Shown piece by piece: positions 1-7,845 of a stretch of DNA of 10,970 bases (the stretch's first letter is position 1; the number at the start of each line of letters is the position of its first letter). The position numbers and the translations under genes were made by a program. This DNA comes from a virus (taxonomy: Duplodnaviria > Heunggongvirae > Uroviricota > Caudoviricetes), in the IMG/VR virus record IMGVR_UViG_2579778535_000009, positions 1 through 10,970 of that record, one strand, 5' to 3'. The notes beneath the pieces are model-generated. The model saw only the letters and a list, made by a program, of their open reading frames with translations. It was not told the DNA's origin and searched no databases.

Positions 1-344
1 TTCAGCGTTTCCCGAAAATCAGCACTTCGCGCCCGGATAGTCAGGCGGTCCGGTGCGCCAGTGTGTTCAATCTCGTCCACTGTGAATGCCCCTTTCGGGA
101 AAAGCGGCTGCCCCTTCCAGCCCAGCGCCAGCGTAATAACCGCACCACGGCGCGGCAGCACGATTTTTCCGTCAGCGTCATCCAGCTCCAGATCAAGCTG
201 GTCCGCTTCAAAGCCCCGGTTATCCGTCAGCGTCAAACTCATCAGGCGGTTATCCAGCACAGTGGTGATATCCCTGCCCTCAATACTGATGCTGAATGCG
301 GGAGTTTTGTTGCCTTTGTTAAGCAGTTCAGAGCTGAAATTCAC
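1..344 (-). CDS. D: Phage tail protein D (gpD / late control D family), N-terminal part; ORF continues past the left edge of the window
   Basis: Absent from the ORF track because there is no stop inside the window. The minus-strand frame opens after a TAA at 368-366. The candidate GTG start at 344-342 overlaps the stop of gene A and is preceded by a GGAGG-type Shine-Dalgarno. Translation [76 protein letters not shown]... resembles the conserved N-terminus of P2 gpD / Mu P family as I recall it (recollection, not a search). Plus-strand ORFs 61-372 and 63-425 are its antisense shadows. Confidence 0.5.
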   Translation of the reverse strand, partial: MNFSSELLNKGNKTPAFSISIEGRDITTVLDNRLMSLTLTDNRGFEADQLDLELDDADGKIVLPRRGAVITLALGWKGQPLFPKGAFTVDEIEHTGAPDRLTIRARSADFRETL

Positions 345-2110
345 GACAGCAGCCCTCCCACCGTTTTACTGATATCGCTTACCGGCGCACCTGCTTTTTT
401 GTCACCCTGTTGCCTTGCCGCCTGACCAGCCAGCAAGCGAAGTTCACGATAAGCCTGACGCCCCGGAATACCAAAGAAGCGGAATTGCTGAACACGATGC
501 AGAGACGCCCAGGCATTCACGTATTCAGCGTTATCACGCAGAGATTTACCCGTTTCCTTGCTGATCTCGCCAGCCAGACCACGACCGTCAATGTTCTTAC
601 TGATATATTTCGCGATGTAGCTTGTCGGCGTTCCTTTGCGCGGGTTAATCAACTCAGACTTAAAGCGCGGCCCAGTGTTATTGCCCAGCTCCTCGCGGTC
701 TTCACGGATGGCAAACTTACGCAGTAATGCAGTAATGGCACGGCGGTCTTTTTTGCGCATGAAACACAACAGGTGCCAGTGAACTGTGCCGTCATGATGC
801 GGCTCAGCCACCCGCACGCCATACCAGCGCAACCCGGCTTTGTGCATCGCCTTACGAAATGCAGCAAACATGCCGACCAGATAATCGCTGCTTTGTCTTA
901 CCGTCGCGTTTGTCCAGGTCGGGTTTGGTCTGCCGTTATTTAGCGTGGAATGGAAACGCGACGGACAGGTGATAGTGTAGAAAACGGCGCAGTCACCGCG
1001 CATTTCCGCGATAAGCTCCAGACCTTTAACACAGGCCATCATCTCATTGCGGCGATGCGCAGGGTTGCTGCTGCTGGCGTTTACCACATCCTCCATGTCC
1101 AGCGTGTCGCCGTCTTCGTTCACCAGTTCATGAGAACGGAAAAACTCCAGCGACTTACGGCGCTGCTCACGTTTATGCATCACGGCTTCATAGCTGACAT
1201 AAGGAGATGCTTTTTTGCTGACCAGGCAAACAGCGCGCAACTGCTCTTCCCGCCATTCGCAACGCATCTTCCATAATTTCCGATACCACCAGTCGCCGCA
1301 CAACATACGCGCCAGCGAACCCGGAATGAGTTCATAGGGCACGGGTTTACGGCGGTTTCTTTTCCGACGGAGTTGCTCAAACGCAGGTGGGATGACATCC
1401 AGACGCAGGGTTTCCGCCGCCACCTTTTCCCATGTCTTGCGGATTTCTTCTGGCTTAACGTCATCGGTGGCATACAAATCGCCACAAGCTGCATCAAGGC
1501 ACATGCTCATATGCGCAGCTACCAGGGTGGACAGGCGTTTCACATGATCCTGACTCATTTCAGGCAGAATCAGCAGGCCGTCCAGCCCTTCATGGCTTGC
1601 CATAAAGCGAAAAGAAGTGGATAGCTGACTCTCGCGTACATGCTCCAGTCGTTCCAGACATGGCTTAATCGTCTCACGCAAATAGCGGGAATAAGCCTTT
1701 GGCCTGCCCAGGCTGCTGAAGTATTCAATACGTTGCATCAGCGGCTTGCTGATATGGGAAGGCTGGGCGTTGACGTCCGCCAGAATGACCATATCCGGAT
1801 TAAAACGCTGCTGCTCATGCGCCAGCTTTGCCCGACTAATGAGCTTATCCTGCTCCATTTCGCGCTGGACAGGATCACGGGATTCATTAAAGAAATAACG
1901 CTCCCAGACCTGATCACTCAGCGCCTCACGGCGCAGCTGTTCCTGCTCGTTATCGGCAGCGTACAGAGTGATCAGGTTTGAAAGCGCAGAAACCGGCGCA
2001 ACTTCCGCCGGGTCCAGATAAGGGTTAATGGCCTTTTTCGGGCTGTTCCATGAGAATGCTGCGGCGATCTCGTTAAAGCCGCTGCAGTTGTTCATATCAG
2101 CATGGCTCAT
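341..2110 (-). CDS. A: Phage replication initiation protein A (P2 gpA / 186 A family rolling-circle Rep endonuclease), possibly C-terminally shortened
   Basis: 589-aa ORF. Carries an HUH-type motif ([10 protein letters not shown]) and a paired-tyrosine motif ([13 protein letters not shown]) typical of P2 A-type nicking proteins. The start ATG overlaps the dam stop (ATGA). Only about 87 aa follow the YIAKY motif, far fewer than in P2 A as I remember it. Confidence 0.85.
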   Translation of the reverse strand: MSHADMNNCSGFNEIAAAFSWNSPKKAINPYLDPAEVAPVSALSNLITLYAADNEQEQLRREALSDQVWERYFFNESRDPVQREMEQDKLISRAKLAHEQQRFNPDMVILADVNAQPSHISKPLMQRIEYFSSLGRPKAYSRYLRETIKPCLERLEHVRESQLSTSFRFMASHEGLDGLLILPEMSQDHVKRLSTLVAAHMSMCLDAACGDLYATDDVKPEEIRKTWEKVAAETLRLDVIPPAFEQLRRKRNRRKPVPYELIPGSLARMLCGDWWYRKLWKMRCEWREEQLRAVCLVSKKASPYVSYEAVMHKREQRRKSLEFFRSHELVNEDGDTLDMEDVVNASSSNPAHRRNEMMACVKGLELIAEMRGDCAVFYTITCPSRFHSTLNNGRPNPTWTNATVRQSSDYLVGMFAAFRKAMHKAGLRWYGVRVAEPHHDGTVHWHLLCFMRKKDRRAITALLRKFAIREDREELGNNTGPRFKSELINPRKGTPTSYIAKYISKNIDGRGLAGEISKETGKSLRDNAEYVNAWASLHRVQQFRFFGIPGRQAYRELRLLAGQAARQQGDKKAGAPVSDISKTVGGLLS

Positions 2111-2964
2111 GCACGCACTCCGTACACGGCAGAACTATCCACGCCACACGAAGGATCAAATCCCACCCAGCAGCGCGGCCCGGAAACAGCGATGATTTCT
2201 GTTGCTGATTTACCCTCGCCAGCTGCCACACCGATGCTGCGTTTTACCTTGATATAGTGGTGAGTAAAATTGCGATACAGCGAACGAATCAGGGATGTGT
2301 CACTGTTAGAAACAATGACCGGATGTCCTTCAGATGATCGATGTTCAAGAACGGATGCCAGGTGATACTGGTCATCTTCAGTGAAACCATCAGTGTGATA
2401 GCCGGAAAACGTACCGTCATACGGCGGATCGCAATACACCACATCCCCCGCCTTCAACATCGCCAGCGTTTCATCAAAGCTGGTGCAGATAAACGTTGCC
2501 CGCTGGGCTTTTTCTGCAAATGCGCGAATTTCTTTTTCAGGGAAATACGGATTTTTATAATTACCGTAGGGAATGTTGAAATGCCCACTCTTGTTATAGC
2601 GACATAAACCACGGTAACCGTGACGATTGAGATACAGGAAATATACCGCTTTCATGAAATCAGTAATTTCAGTTGAGTAATTAAACTCCTGCCTTATGTT
2701 GTAATAAGCTACCTCCCTGTTTGCGATCTCAAATAAAACTCTGGCGCGAGATATAAACGATTCACAATCAGCGGCAACCTTTTTATAGAGGTTGATTAAA
2801 TCAGGATTAATATCCGCAACCAGATAGCTGGGGTAATCCGTCTCCATCATCACAGCACAGGAACCCGCGAAAGGTTCAACCAGTCGCGGGCCAGCAGGAA
2901 GATGTTTTTTCAGTTCGGACATTATGGCAGTTTTATTTCCCGCCCATTTCAGGATGGTGCTCAT
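2107..2964 (-). CDS. dam: DNA adenine methyltransferase (Dam family, N6-adenine MTase)
   Basis: The ORF track gives 2107-3024; the likely true start is the ATG at 2964 ([11 protein letters not shown]...), preceded by GGAGG. The N-terminus LKWAGNK...[11 protein letters not shown] and the DPPY motif ([10 protein letters not shown]) match E. coli Dam-type methyltransferases. The start overlaps the stop of the upstream zinc-finger ORF (ATGA). Confidence 0.85.
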   Translation of the reverse strand: MSTILKWAGNKTAIMSELKKHLPAGPRLVEPFAGSCAVMMETDYPSYLVADINPDLINLYKKVAADCESFISRARVLFEIANREVAYYNIRQEFNYSTEITDFMKAVYFLYLNRHGYRGLCRYNKSGHFNIPYGNYKNPYFPEKEIRAFAEKAQRATFICTSFDETLAMLKAGDVVYCDPPYDGTFSGYHTDGFTEDDQYHLASVLEHRSSEGHPVIVSNSDTSLIRSLYRNFTHHYIKVKRSIGVAAGEGKSATEIIAVSGPRCWVGFDPSCGVDSSAVYGVRA

Positions 2965-3188
2965 ACAGCACCTCCGTTGTAATGTTTGCCTTTCAGCTCT
3001 GCAATTTCCTGACAGGTAATGCAAAGCTGCACACCCGGAATGGCACGGCGGCGTGCTGGCGGAATTGGCGCTTCACACTCAATGCAAAGCACGCGGGACA
3101 CGCCCGGCGTTTTGGCACGGGCAGCACGGATATGGCGTTGGCGTTCTTCTTCAACGCGCTGCTGTACGAGATCCATTGCATCAGCCAT
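2961..3188 (-). CDS. TraR/DksA-family C4 zinc-finger protein (phage early protein)
   Basis: 75 aa with CxxC-(17)-CxxC (CIECEAPIP...CITCQE) near the C-terminus, as in TraR/DksA-like phage proteins. Its start overlaps the upstream ORF stop (TAATG). Confidence 0.7.
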   Translation of the reverse strand: MADAMDLVQQRVEEERQRHIRAARAKTPGVSRVLCIECEAPIPPARRRAIPGVQLCITCQEIAELKGKHYNGGAV

Positions 3189-3427
3189 TAGTGAATCTCC
3201 TGCGCTTCGTTCTGGATTGCTTCAGCAGTCACACGAAGCAGTTCTGCCGCTTCGACGTGGGTTAGCTGGCGGGATGTGATATGACACGCCAGGCTATCAA
3301 GGCGAGCTGCCATTGCTTCAGCCCTTGCCCGGCGTTCTTCCAGACGAGCCTCTGTCAGTAAAATATTAAGCCCTGCGTCATCCGGTCCGGTTTTGGTCGT
3401 GAGGGTTTCAATATTACGCATAATCAA
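3188..3427 (-). CDS. Hypothetical small early-operon protein (79 aa)
   Basis: ORF in the co-directional early operon. AGGAG lies 8 nt upstream of the ATG at 3427. Translationally coupled to the downstream zinc-finger gene. No recognisable motif. Confidence 0.5.
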   Translation of the reverse strand: MIMRNIETLTTKTGPDDAGLNILLTEARLEERRARAEAMAARLDSLACHITSRQLTHVEAAELLRVTAEAIQNEAQEIH

Positions 3428-3487
3428 TTCTCCTGAATTTAGATAAAGGGATACTGGCGGGTTTACGCCATTAATTTCATTAGTTGG

Positions 3488-3829
3488 TTAATTCGGCATG
3501 GTTAGCCGTCTGGGAAATAAGCTCACCACTGCACGAAAATGATTCATTGCTTTAATCAACTCCCGCTTTTCGTCAGTGGTCAGCTCATTAATGCTGATGC
3601 TATGACGTTCAGCTGGAATTTTTGCCATAAAGAATATGGCAGCCAGTGCCCGTTTATTTTGTTCGCTATTAATATCCCGTGGATCACGCATATCTTTAAT
3701 AAACCGTTCAAGCTCTGACTCAATATTCAGACCAAAAACTTTCGCCCTTAACTCCGCAATATGATTAAGTCCATTCAGGCGTTCACCGGGTCTTAATGGA
3801 ACAGTCGCCGCAGCGCCTTCAATAGCCAT
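3488..3829 (-). CDS. Hypothetical early-operon protein (113 aa)
   Basis: ORF in the early operon with a G-rich SD upstream of the ATG at 3829. Overlaps the 3' end of the upstream 66-aa ORF by 37 nt. Function unknown. Confidence 0.5.
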   Translation of the reverse strand: MAIEGAAATVPLRPGERLNGLNHIAELRAKVFGLNIESELERFIKDMRDPRDINSEQNKRALAAIFFMAKIPAERHSISINELTTDEKRELIKAMNHFRAVVSLFPRRLTMPN

Positions 3830-3993
3830 TGGTTCCCCCGTTTTTTCGTTGATAGTTCTGCCAGCAATTCATCTTGCGAACGGCACGGATGCCAGCGTTT
3901 ACCATCCTCACCCATGATCCAGCCGTGACCGTAGTGCATTGCCGGACTTTGTTTTACCAGCAGCGATGCAAATGATGGTTCTTTCGTCAGCAT
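3793..3993 (-). CDS. Hypothetical small early protein (66 aa); positional analogue of 186 fil/dhr-type host-takeover genes
   Basis: The ORF track gives 3793-4023; the ATG at 3993 (MLTKEPSF...) is preceded by GAGGTG and avoids overlap with cII. Function inferred from position only. Confidence 0.45.
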   Translation of the reverse strand: MLTKEPSFASLLVKQSPAMHYGHGWIMGEDGKRWHPCRSQDELLAELSTKKRGNQWLLKALRRLFH

Positions 3994-4000
3994 AAGCACC

Positions 4001-4510
4001 TCACAGCAAACCGAATGAAGCACCGAGGCCAGTTACAGTATCAACTGCACTTGCCATCGCAGGATTAACCTGTAAACGGGCCTGCAATGAAACAGCAGCT
4101 AACGCCATCAGTCGTGTAACAGAGTTAATGCTGCTGATAGCATCACGACGACCTGCACTGGTTTTTACATCGCCAGATACCGCACCTGCAGCAACACGCC
4201 CGATCTCTGCGGTTGCACTCATGACGTAATGTGGCAGTTTCTCTTTTGCCACCTCATTAATCGGTACACATGGCAGGCAGTGAATCTGTGCCAGAAAACC
4301 GTCTACCAGCGTTGAATCTTCCGTCAGATCGGTAAGTAGCCAGATATCTGGCGCATTGAGCTGATGCGGTTGATCTGGGTTGAGTTTGTTTCGCAGAGTC
4401 TGGACATTCATTCCTGCACGTTCTGCCAGCTTCGCCATATTGTGACGAAGTGCAAAAGCTCTACAGGCTTCATCAAAATGCGGGTGTTTGGAAATCTTAT
4501 AATCAAACAT
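4001..4510 (-). CDS. cII: Phage regulatory protein CII (186 CII / CP76 family lysogeny-establishment activator)
   Basis: 169 aa, the same length as 186 CII. The sequence MFDYKISKHPHFDEACRAFALRHNMAKLAERAGMNVQTLRNKLNP... closely matches my recollection of 186 CII, including the HTH region. It is the second gene of the lytic operon. Confidence 0.8.
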   Translation of the reverse strand: MFDYKISKHPHFDEACRAFALRHNMAKLAERAGMNVQTLRNKLNPDQPHQLNAPDIWLLTDLTEDSTLVDGFLAQIHCLPCVPINEVAKEKLPHYVMSATAEIGRVAAGAVSGDVKTSAGRRDAISSINSVTRLMALAAVSLQARLQVNPAMASAVDTVTGLGASFGLL

Positions 4511-4542
4511 GCTACCCCCTTAGAAAGTTCTCATAATTGAAC

Positions 4543-4785
4543 TTACTTACCAACAATGACGCGGAAGTTGGAATGACCGAGGGATTCACGGACCTGATCG
4601 GTTTTGTACATTAAATAACGCAGGCTTACGCGGCCTTTGTTTTTTTCTTTCTTGACCATGTATTTAGCAAGCTGACCATGGTGAATTTTTTGATACACGG
4701 AGCCGCGGGAGATACCTTCCCATTCCGCGAACTCTGCAGGCGTAGCCATCTCTTTTGGTACACGAATTGAAATATCAGTGCTCAT
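4543..4785 (-). CDS. apl: Apl/Cox-type small HTH protein (excisionase / lytic-operon repressor), first gene of the early operon
   Basis: 80-aa ORF transcribed divergently from cI. HTH-like segment PAEFAEWEGISRGSVYQKIHHGQL. SD GGGAGA upstream of the ATG at 4785. The assignment is mainly positional, by analogy to the 186 apl and P2 cox layout. Confidence 0.55.
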   Translation of the reverse strand: MSTDISIRVPKEMATPAEFAEWEGISRGSVYQKIHHGQLAKYMVKKEKNKGRVSLRYLMYKTDQVRESLGHSNFRVIVGK

Positions 4786-4820
4786 AGTGCAGTATCTCCC
4801 GATTAAGGTTTGGTTTACGT

Positions 4821-4890
4821 CGTTTTATCTCGTTTTACTTGATTCAATATTTGATACATCGAGATACTACGATCCAATATTTGATACGTC
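4821..4890. repeat. Operator-like direct repeats in the cI/apl switch region: 20-bp repeats at 4841-4860 and 4871-4890 (GATYCAATATTTGATACRTC, 18/20 identical) and a tandem 10-bp repeat CGTTTTAYCT at 4821-4840
   Basis: Seen directly. The 20-bp copies are 30 bp apart. One overlaps the -35 and spacer of the pR candidate; the other lies just downstream of its -10. Confidence 0.45.
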
Positions 4891-4892
4891 AA
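4864..4892 (-). promoter_or_regulatory. Candidate sigma70 early lytic promoter (pR-like): -35 TTGACG (4892-4887), 17-bp spacer, -10 TAGTAT (4869-4864)
   Basis: Read on the minus strand as CCTGTTGACGTATCAAATATTGGATCGTAGTATCTC. Correct orientation and distance (about 70 nt) upstream of the apl start. Confidence 0.4.
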
Positions 4893-4904
4893 CAGGATTA
4901 AAAA

Positions 4905-5537
4905 ATGATACAGGTAAAGGTTGGAGAGAATACAGGGGGAAGAGAGGCTATCCATAGACTAATGGCAGCCTATGATTTCAAGTCCAGACAGCAACTTTGC
5001 GATCACTTAGGCGCATCAAAAAGCACCATGGCAAACAGATACTTAAGAGATAGTTTTCCTGCAGAGTGGGTGATTCAGTGCGCCTTGGAAACAGGAGTTT
5101 CTTTACTGTGGCTAACCACCGGACAGGGGGAGCCAGGTCCAAACATTGAACCTAAAAAAAATATCAATTCCGTGAACTCCAGCAAGGTTGTACCTCTTTC
5201 TGAACTAGTATCTCCTGAAATTGACAAGGCGACTCTCAACGGTGGTTTATTGGTCGATGCTGGAAAAGCAATCATTGATAGCAGCATACTCCCCTCAGAC
5301 TCAAGCAACCTACTGCTGGTGACTACTTCTGGTGATTCTTATTTAATAGATCGCAACCAAACACCACCAGTAAATGGTATGTGGTTAGTCGATATCGACG
5401 GGATAAAAAGCATCGTTAAATTGACTCGACTCCCGGGAAACAAATTAGTAGTGCATCAGGATGATTCATCGTTTGAGTGCGGTCTGGATGACATTGAGGT
5501 AGTAGGCCGCGCACTGAAAATCATTAAGAGCCTTTGA
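4905..5537 (+). CDS. cI: Immunity repressor CI (186-type)
   Basis: Divergent from apl and immediately upstream of int (cI stop TGA 5535-5537, int ATG 5539). HTH-like segment SRQQLCDHLGASKSTMANRYL. Start uncertain: the ATG at 4905 has AGGA 7 nt upstream; the ATG at 4962 would give 191 aa, close to the size of 186 CI. Confidence 0.7.
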   Translation: MIQVKVGENTGGREAIHRLMAAYDFKSRQQLCDHLGASKSTMANRYLRDSFPAEWVIQCALETGVSLLWLTTGQGEPGPNIEPKKNINSVNSSKVVPLSELVSPEIDKATLNGGLLVDAGKAIIDSSILPSDSSNLLLVTTSGDSYLIDRNQTPPVNGMWLVDIDGIKSIVKLTRLPGNKLVVHQDDSSFECGLDDIEVVGRALKIIKSL

Positions 5538-5538
5538 T

Positions 5539-6570
5539 ATGACCATCAGAAAACAGCCGAACGGAAAATGGTTGTGTGAGTGCTATCCCAATGGACGCAA
5601 TGGCAAGCGCGTGCGTAAGCAATTTGCCACGAAAGGCGAAGCCATTGCGTTTGAAAGCTTCACAATGGAAGAAGTGAATAAAAAACCGTGGTTGGGTGAA
5701 AAGGATGATCGGCGACGCCTATCAGAATTAATTGAGCTTTGGTATTCCCTGTATGGTCAGACACTCGCAGACCCCAAGCGCCTCATGGCGAAACTTAGAA
5801 TTATCTGTAATGGTCTAGGCGACCCCATCGCCTCTGAGCTGACAGCCGGAGACTTTACGAAATACCGCGAAGCACGGTTAAAAGGTGAAATACGAAATGA
5901 AGATGGCACGCTTATGTCGCCCGTTAAGCCCCGCACGGTAAACCTTGAACAGCGCAATCTATCATCGGTGTTCGGTACATTAAAAAAACTAGGACACTGG
6001 TCAGCACCAAACCCGCTGGCAGGACTTCCGACCTTCAAAATTGCCGAAGGTGAGCTGGCTTTTCTTTCCACGGACGAAATCAAGCGCCTGTTGGCGGCAT
6101 GTGCTGAATCTCAAAGCCCTAGCTTACTAATGATTGCAAAAATATGCCTAGCTACTGGCGCACGGTGGAGTGAAGCAGAAAATCTGCAGGGCCATCAGTT
6201 ATCCAAATACCGCATCACTTATACCAAGACGAAGGGCAAGAAAAACCGTACCGTGCCAATATCTCAGGATCTTTACAACGAACTCCCTAAAAACAGAGGA
6301 AGGCTATTCACCCCATGCAGAAAAGCCTTTGAACGGGCAGTAAAACGAGCTGGTATTGAACTGCCAGAGGGACAATGCACCCACGTTCTACGCCATACAT
6401 TCGCCAGCCATTTCATGATGAACGGCGGAAACATACTGGTACTGCGCGATATTTTGGGCCATGCCGATATAAAAATGACGATGATTTACGCCCATTTTTC
6501 TCCAGACCATCTGGAAGATGCAGTAACGAAAAACCCTTTGAACTTTATATACTTGTCGAATAACATGTAA
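5539..6570 (+). CDS. int: Tyrosine integrase (P2/186 Int family)
   Basis: 343 aa. The N-terminus (NGKWLCECYPNGRNGKRVRKQFATKGEAIAFE) resembles P2-type Int. Catalytic motifs ARWSE, HVLRHTFASH and MIYAHF (Tyr) are present. It reads toward the ssrA fragment. Confidence 0.85.
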   Translation: MTIRKQPNGKWLCECYPNGRNGKRVRKQFATKGEAIAFESFTMEEVNKKPWLGEKDDRRRLSELIELWYSLYGQTLADPKRLMAKLRIICNGLGDPIASELTAGDFTKYREARLKGEIRNEDGTLMSPVKPRTVNLEQRNLSSVFGTLKKLGHWSAPNPLAGLPTFKIAEGELAFLSTDEIKRLLAACAESQSPSLLMIAKICLATGARWSEAENLQGHQLSKYRITYTKTKGKKNRTVPISQDLYNELPKNRGRLFTPCRKAFERAVKRAGIELPEGQCTHVLRHTFASHFMMNGGNILVLRDILGHADIKMTMIYAHFSPDHLEDAVTKNPLNFIYLSNNM

Positions 6571-6610
6571 CTTATAATGTAAGTACACAAAAGTGATCTT
6601 AATCTTAAAT

Positions 6611-7606
6611 ATGAAACCTAATTTAATTTCACGTAAACAGTACCAACACCTCAAAAATGAGTTAAATAGACTTGAGAGCTTACCATATAGACGAGGAAAC
6701 AACCCAACCAACCTCAGAATATTAAAACTAAGAGAAGATCTAACAAACTCTCTTGTTGAATCCAGAAAAAGAAATTCAAAAAAAATTAATGGAGGAAATG
6801 TTAGCTGTATAATATGCAAGAAAAATTTCAAAAGTGCTCATGGCCTATATGAGCACTATCGCGCCAAGCATAGCAATATGATTGAACACCCTACCTCATT
6901 GTTTAATAAAGAAATAAATGGCAATACAACACTGCTTGAAAGCATTTCGCATCCTGTCACAAAAGGTATACCAATAGCAGAACACGATAAAAAAATATCA
7001 TCCATTACGCTAAACAGGGAAACTAAATATTTCAATGTAGATGCGTATAATCTGGCATGCCTTTCATTAACAAAAAGTGAAGCAATAAAAATCGCTAAAG
7101 ATGAATTATTATCAAGGCAGTTTCTTGGACAAAAAAACACTCTAGAACCTACTCTACCGCCAGTCATATTTATAAATCCCTCTGATACAATTAGTATACC
7201 AGTTGTCACAAAAGGCAATACTCATCTGCAAACAGTATTACAGCGTGACTCTGGCGAACAGGTTGACTTTAAAAAAAGGGTTCTAAAAAACTTCTCAAAT
7301 GTATGCGCAATAACAGGTTACAACCTCCCAGTATTGCAGGCATGTCACCTTGAACCATTTTCTCAGACCCAAAACCATAGAACCAACAATGGAATACCTC
7401 TTGAACCTACCCTTCATGCCTTGCTTGACCGAGGTCTACTAGCCATACATCCAGATAATTTAACTATTCATTTTGCTATCGATTGCTATTACAAAAATAT
7501 ATATGAAGGAAAAAATATCAAACCTCATAAGATTGATTTAGATAAAAATTCACTGCTAATAATTTGGAAGAACTTTCTTTTGAATGTTAAAAACAGCCAA
7601 CCGTAA
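6611..7606 (+). CDS. AT-rich cargo gene: protein with an N-terminal C2H2-type zinc finger and a C-terminal HNH-type (HNH_2-like) nuclease domain; candidate defence or accessory nuclease
   Basis: The ORF track gives a GTG start at 6593; the first ATG is at 6611. Zinc finger: CIICKKNFKSAHGLYEHYRAKH (C-x2-C-x12-H-x4-H). C-terminus: CAITGYNLPVLQACHLEPF...NNGIPLEPTLHALLDRGLLAIHPD, which matches the CAITG...HI.P...NGL.L...H.LFDRG pattern of HNH_2 nucleases as I recall it. Base composition is visibly much more AT-rich than the flanking phage genes. No obvious SD. Confidence 0.6.
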   Translation: MKPNLISRKQYQHLKNELNRLESLPYRRGNNPTNLRILKLREDLTNSLVESRKRNSKKINGGNVSCIICKKNFKSAHGLYEHYRAKHSNMIEHPTSLFNKEINGNTTLLESISHPVTKGIPIAEHDKKISSITLNRETKYFNVDAYNLACLSLTKSEAIKIAKDELLSRQFLGQKNTLEPTLPPVIFINPSDTISIPVVTKGNTHLQTVLQRDSGEQVDFKKRVLKNFSNVCAITGYNLPVLQACHLEPFSQTQNHRTNNGIPLEPTLHALLDRGLLAIHPDNLTIHFAIDCYYKNIYEGKNIKPHKIDLDKNSLLIIWKNFLLNVKNSQP

Positions 7607-7732
7607 GTTAGCCTAAAATTGGCGACAACTTGGCGGCAGAGCATTAAAAATGCGTAAAACGGATAAACACAGGATAATAGTAACACACTGTTTTTAAACG
7701 CAAACTACTGTTTTCATTGTATTAAAAATAGT

Positions 7733-7777
7733 ATGTAGGAATTTCGGACGCGGGTTCAACTCCCGCCAGCTCCACCA
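7733..7777 (+). ncRNA. ssrA: 3'-terminal 45 nt of tmRNA gene ssrA (T-arm and acceptor 3' strand ending CCA); attachment-site copy, not a full gene
   Basis: ATGTAGGAATTTCGGACGCGGGTTCAACTCCCGCCAGCTCCACCA matches the 3' end of E. coli ssrA as I recall it. Upstream sequence is AT-rich coding DNA with no tmRNA 5' domain (no GGGGCTGATTCTGG about 360 nt upstream). Confidence 0.8.
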
Positions 7778-7810
7778 ATTTTTGATATATTGAAGTTCAG
7801 TGAAGTCTAT

Positions 7811-7845
7811 CAAGCCCGCATGGAACCAGCCTTGCGGGCTTTTTT
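7811..7845 (+). terminator. Rho-independent terminator-like hairpin (AAGCCCGCA ... TGCGGGCTT followed by TTTTTT)
   Basis: Perfect 9-bp inverted repeat with a T-run, about 35 nt downstream of the ssrA CCA end and upstream of the intA start. Confidence 0.45.

Noticed and set aside
61-425. Plus-strand ORFs 61-372 and 63-425
   Set aside because: They lie antisense to the gpD-like coding frame, which carries recognisable protein motifs. They are most likely shadow ORFs in GC-rich coding DNA.
410-1981. Several ORFs of 72-113 aa on both strands inside gene A (410-727+, 649-867-, 950-1276+, 1180-1497-, 1373-1624+, 1640-1981+)
   Set aside because: All are fully contained within the 589-aa A reading frame, which has clear Rep motifs. 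They are alternative-frame or antisense shadows.
2341-2607. Plus-strand ORF inside dam
   Set aside because: Antisense to the Dam coding sequence; no motif or RBS.
2964-3024. N-terminal extension of dam to 3024 (MHYLSGNCRAERQ...)
   Set aside because: The ATG at 2964 has a GGAGG SD and begins the conserved Dam N-terminus. The extension would overlap the upstream zinc-finger gene by 60 nt.
2982-3279. ORFs 2982-3191+, 3019-3279+, 3053-3265+ and 2993-3181-
   Set aside because: They overlap the TraR-like and 79-aa genes in other frames or strands. They are Arg/Ala-rich translations typical of GC-rich shadow frames.
3993-4023. Longer start (4023) for the 66-aa ORF
   Set aside because: It would overlap the cII coding sequence. 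The internal ATG at 3993 has a GAGGTG SD.
5075-5308. Minus-strand ORF inside cI
   Set aside because: Antisense shadow within the repressor gene.
5757-6083. Minus-strand ORF inside int
   Set aside because: Antisense shadow within the integrase gene.
6388-7218. Minus-strand ORFs 6388-6831 and 6856-7218
   Set aside because: They are antisense to the 3' end of int and to the zinc-finger/HNH gene. AT-rich DNA readily gives long stop-free frames, and their translations are low-complexity.
7415-7777. Possibility of a complete ssrA (tmRNA) gene ending at 7777
   Set aside because: Only the last 45 nt match. The preceding approximately 320 nt are AT-rich protein-coding sequence with no tmRNA 5' acceptor or pseudoknot sequence.
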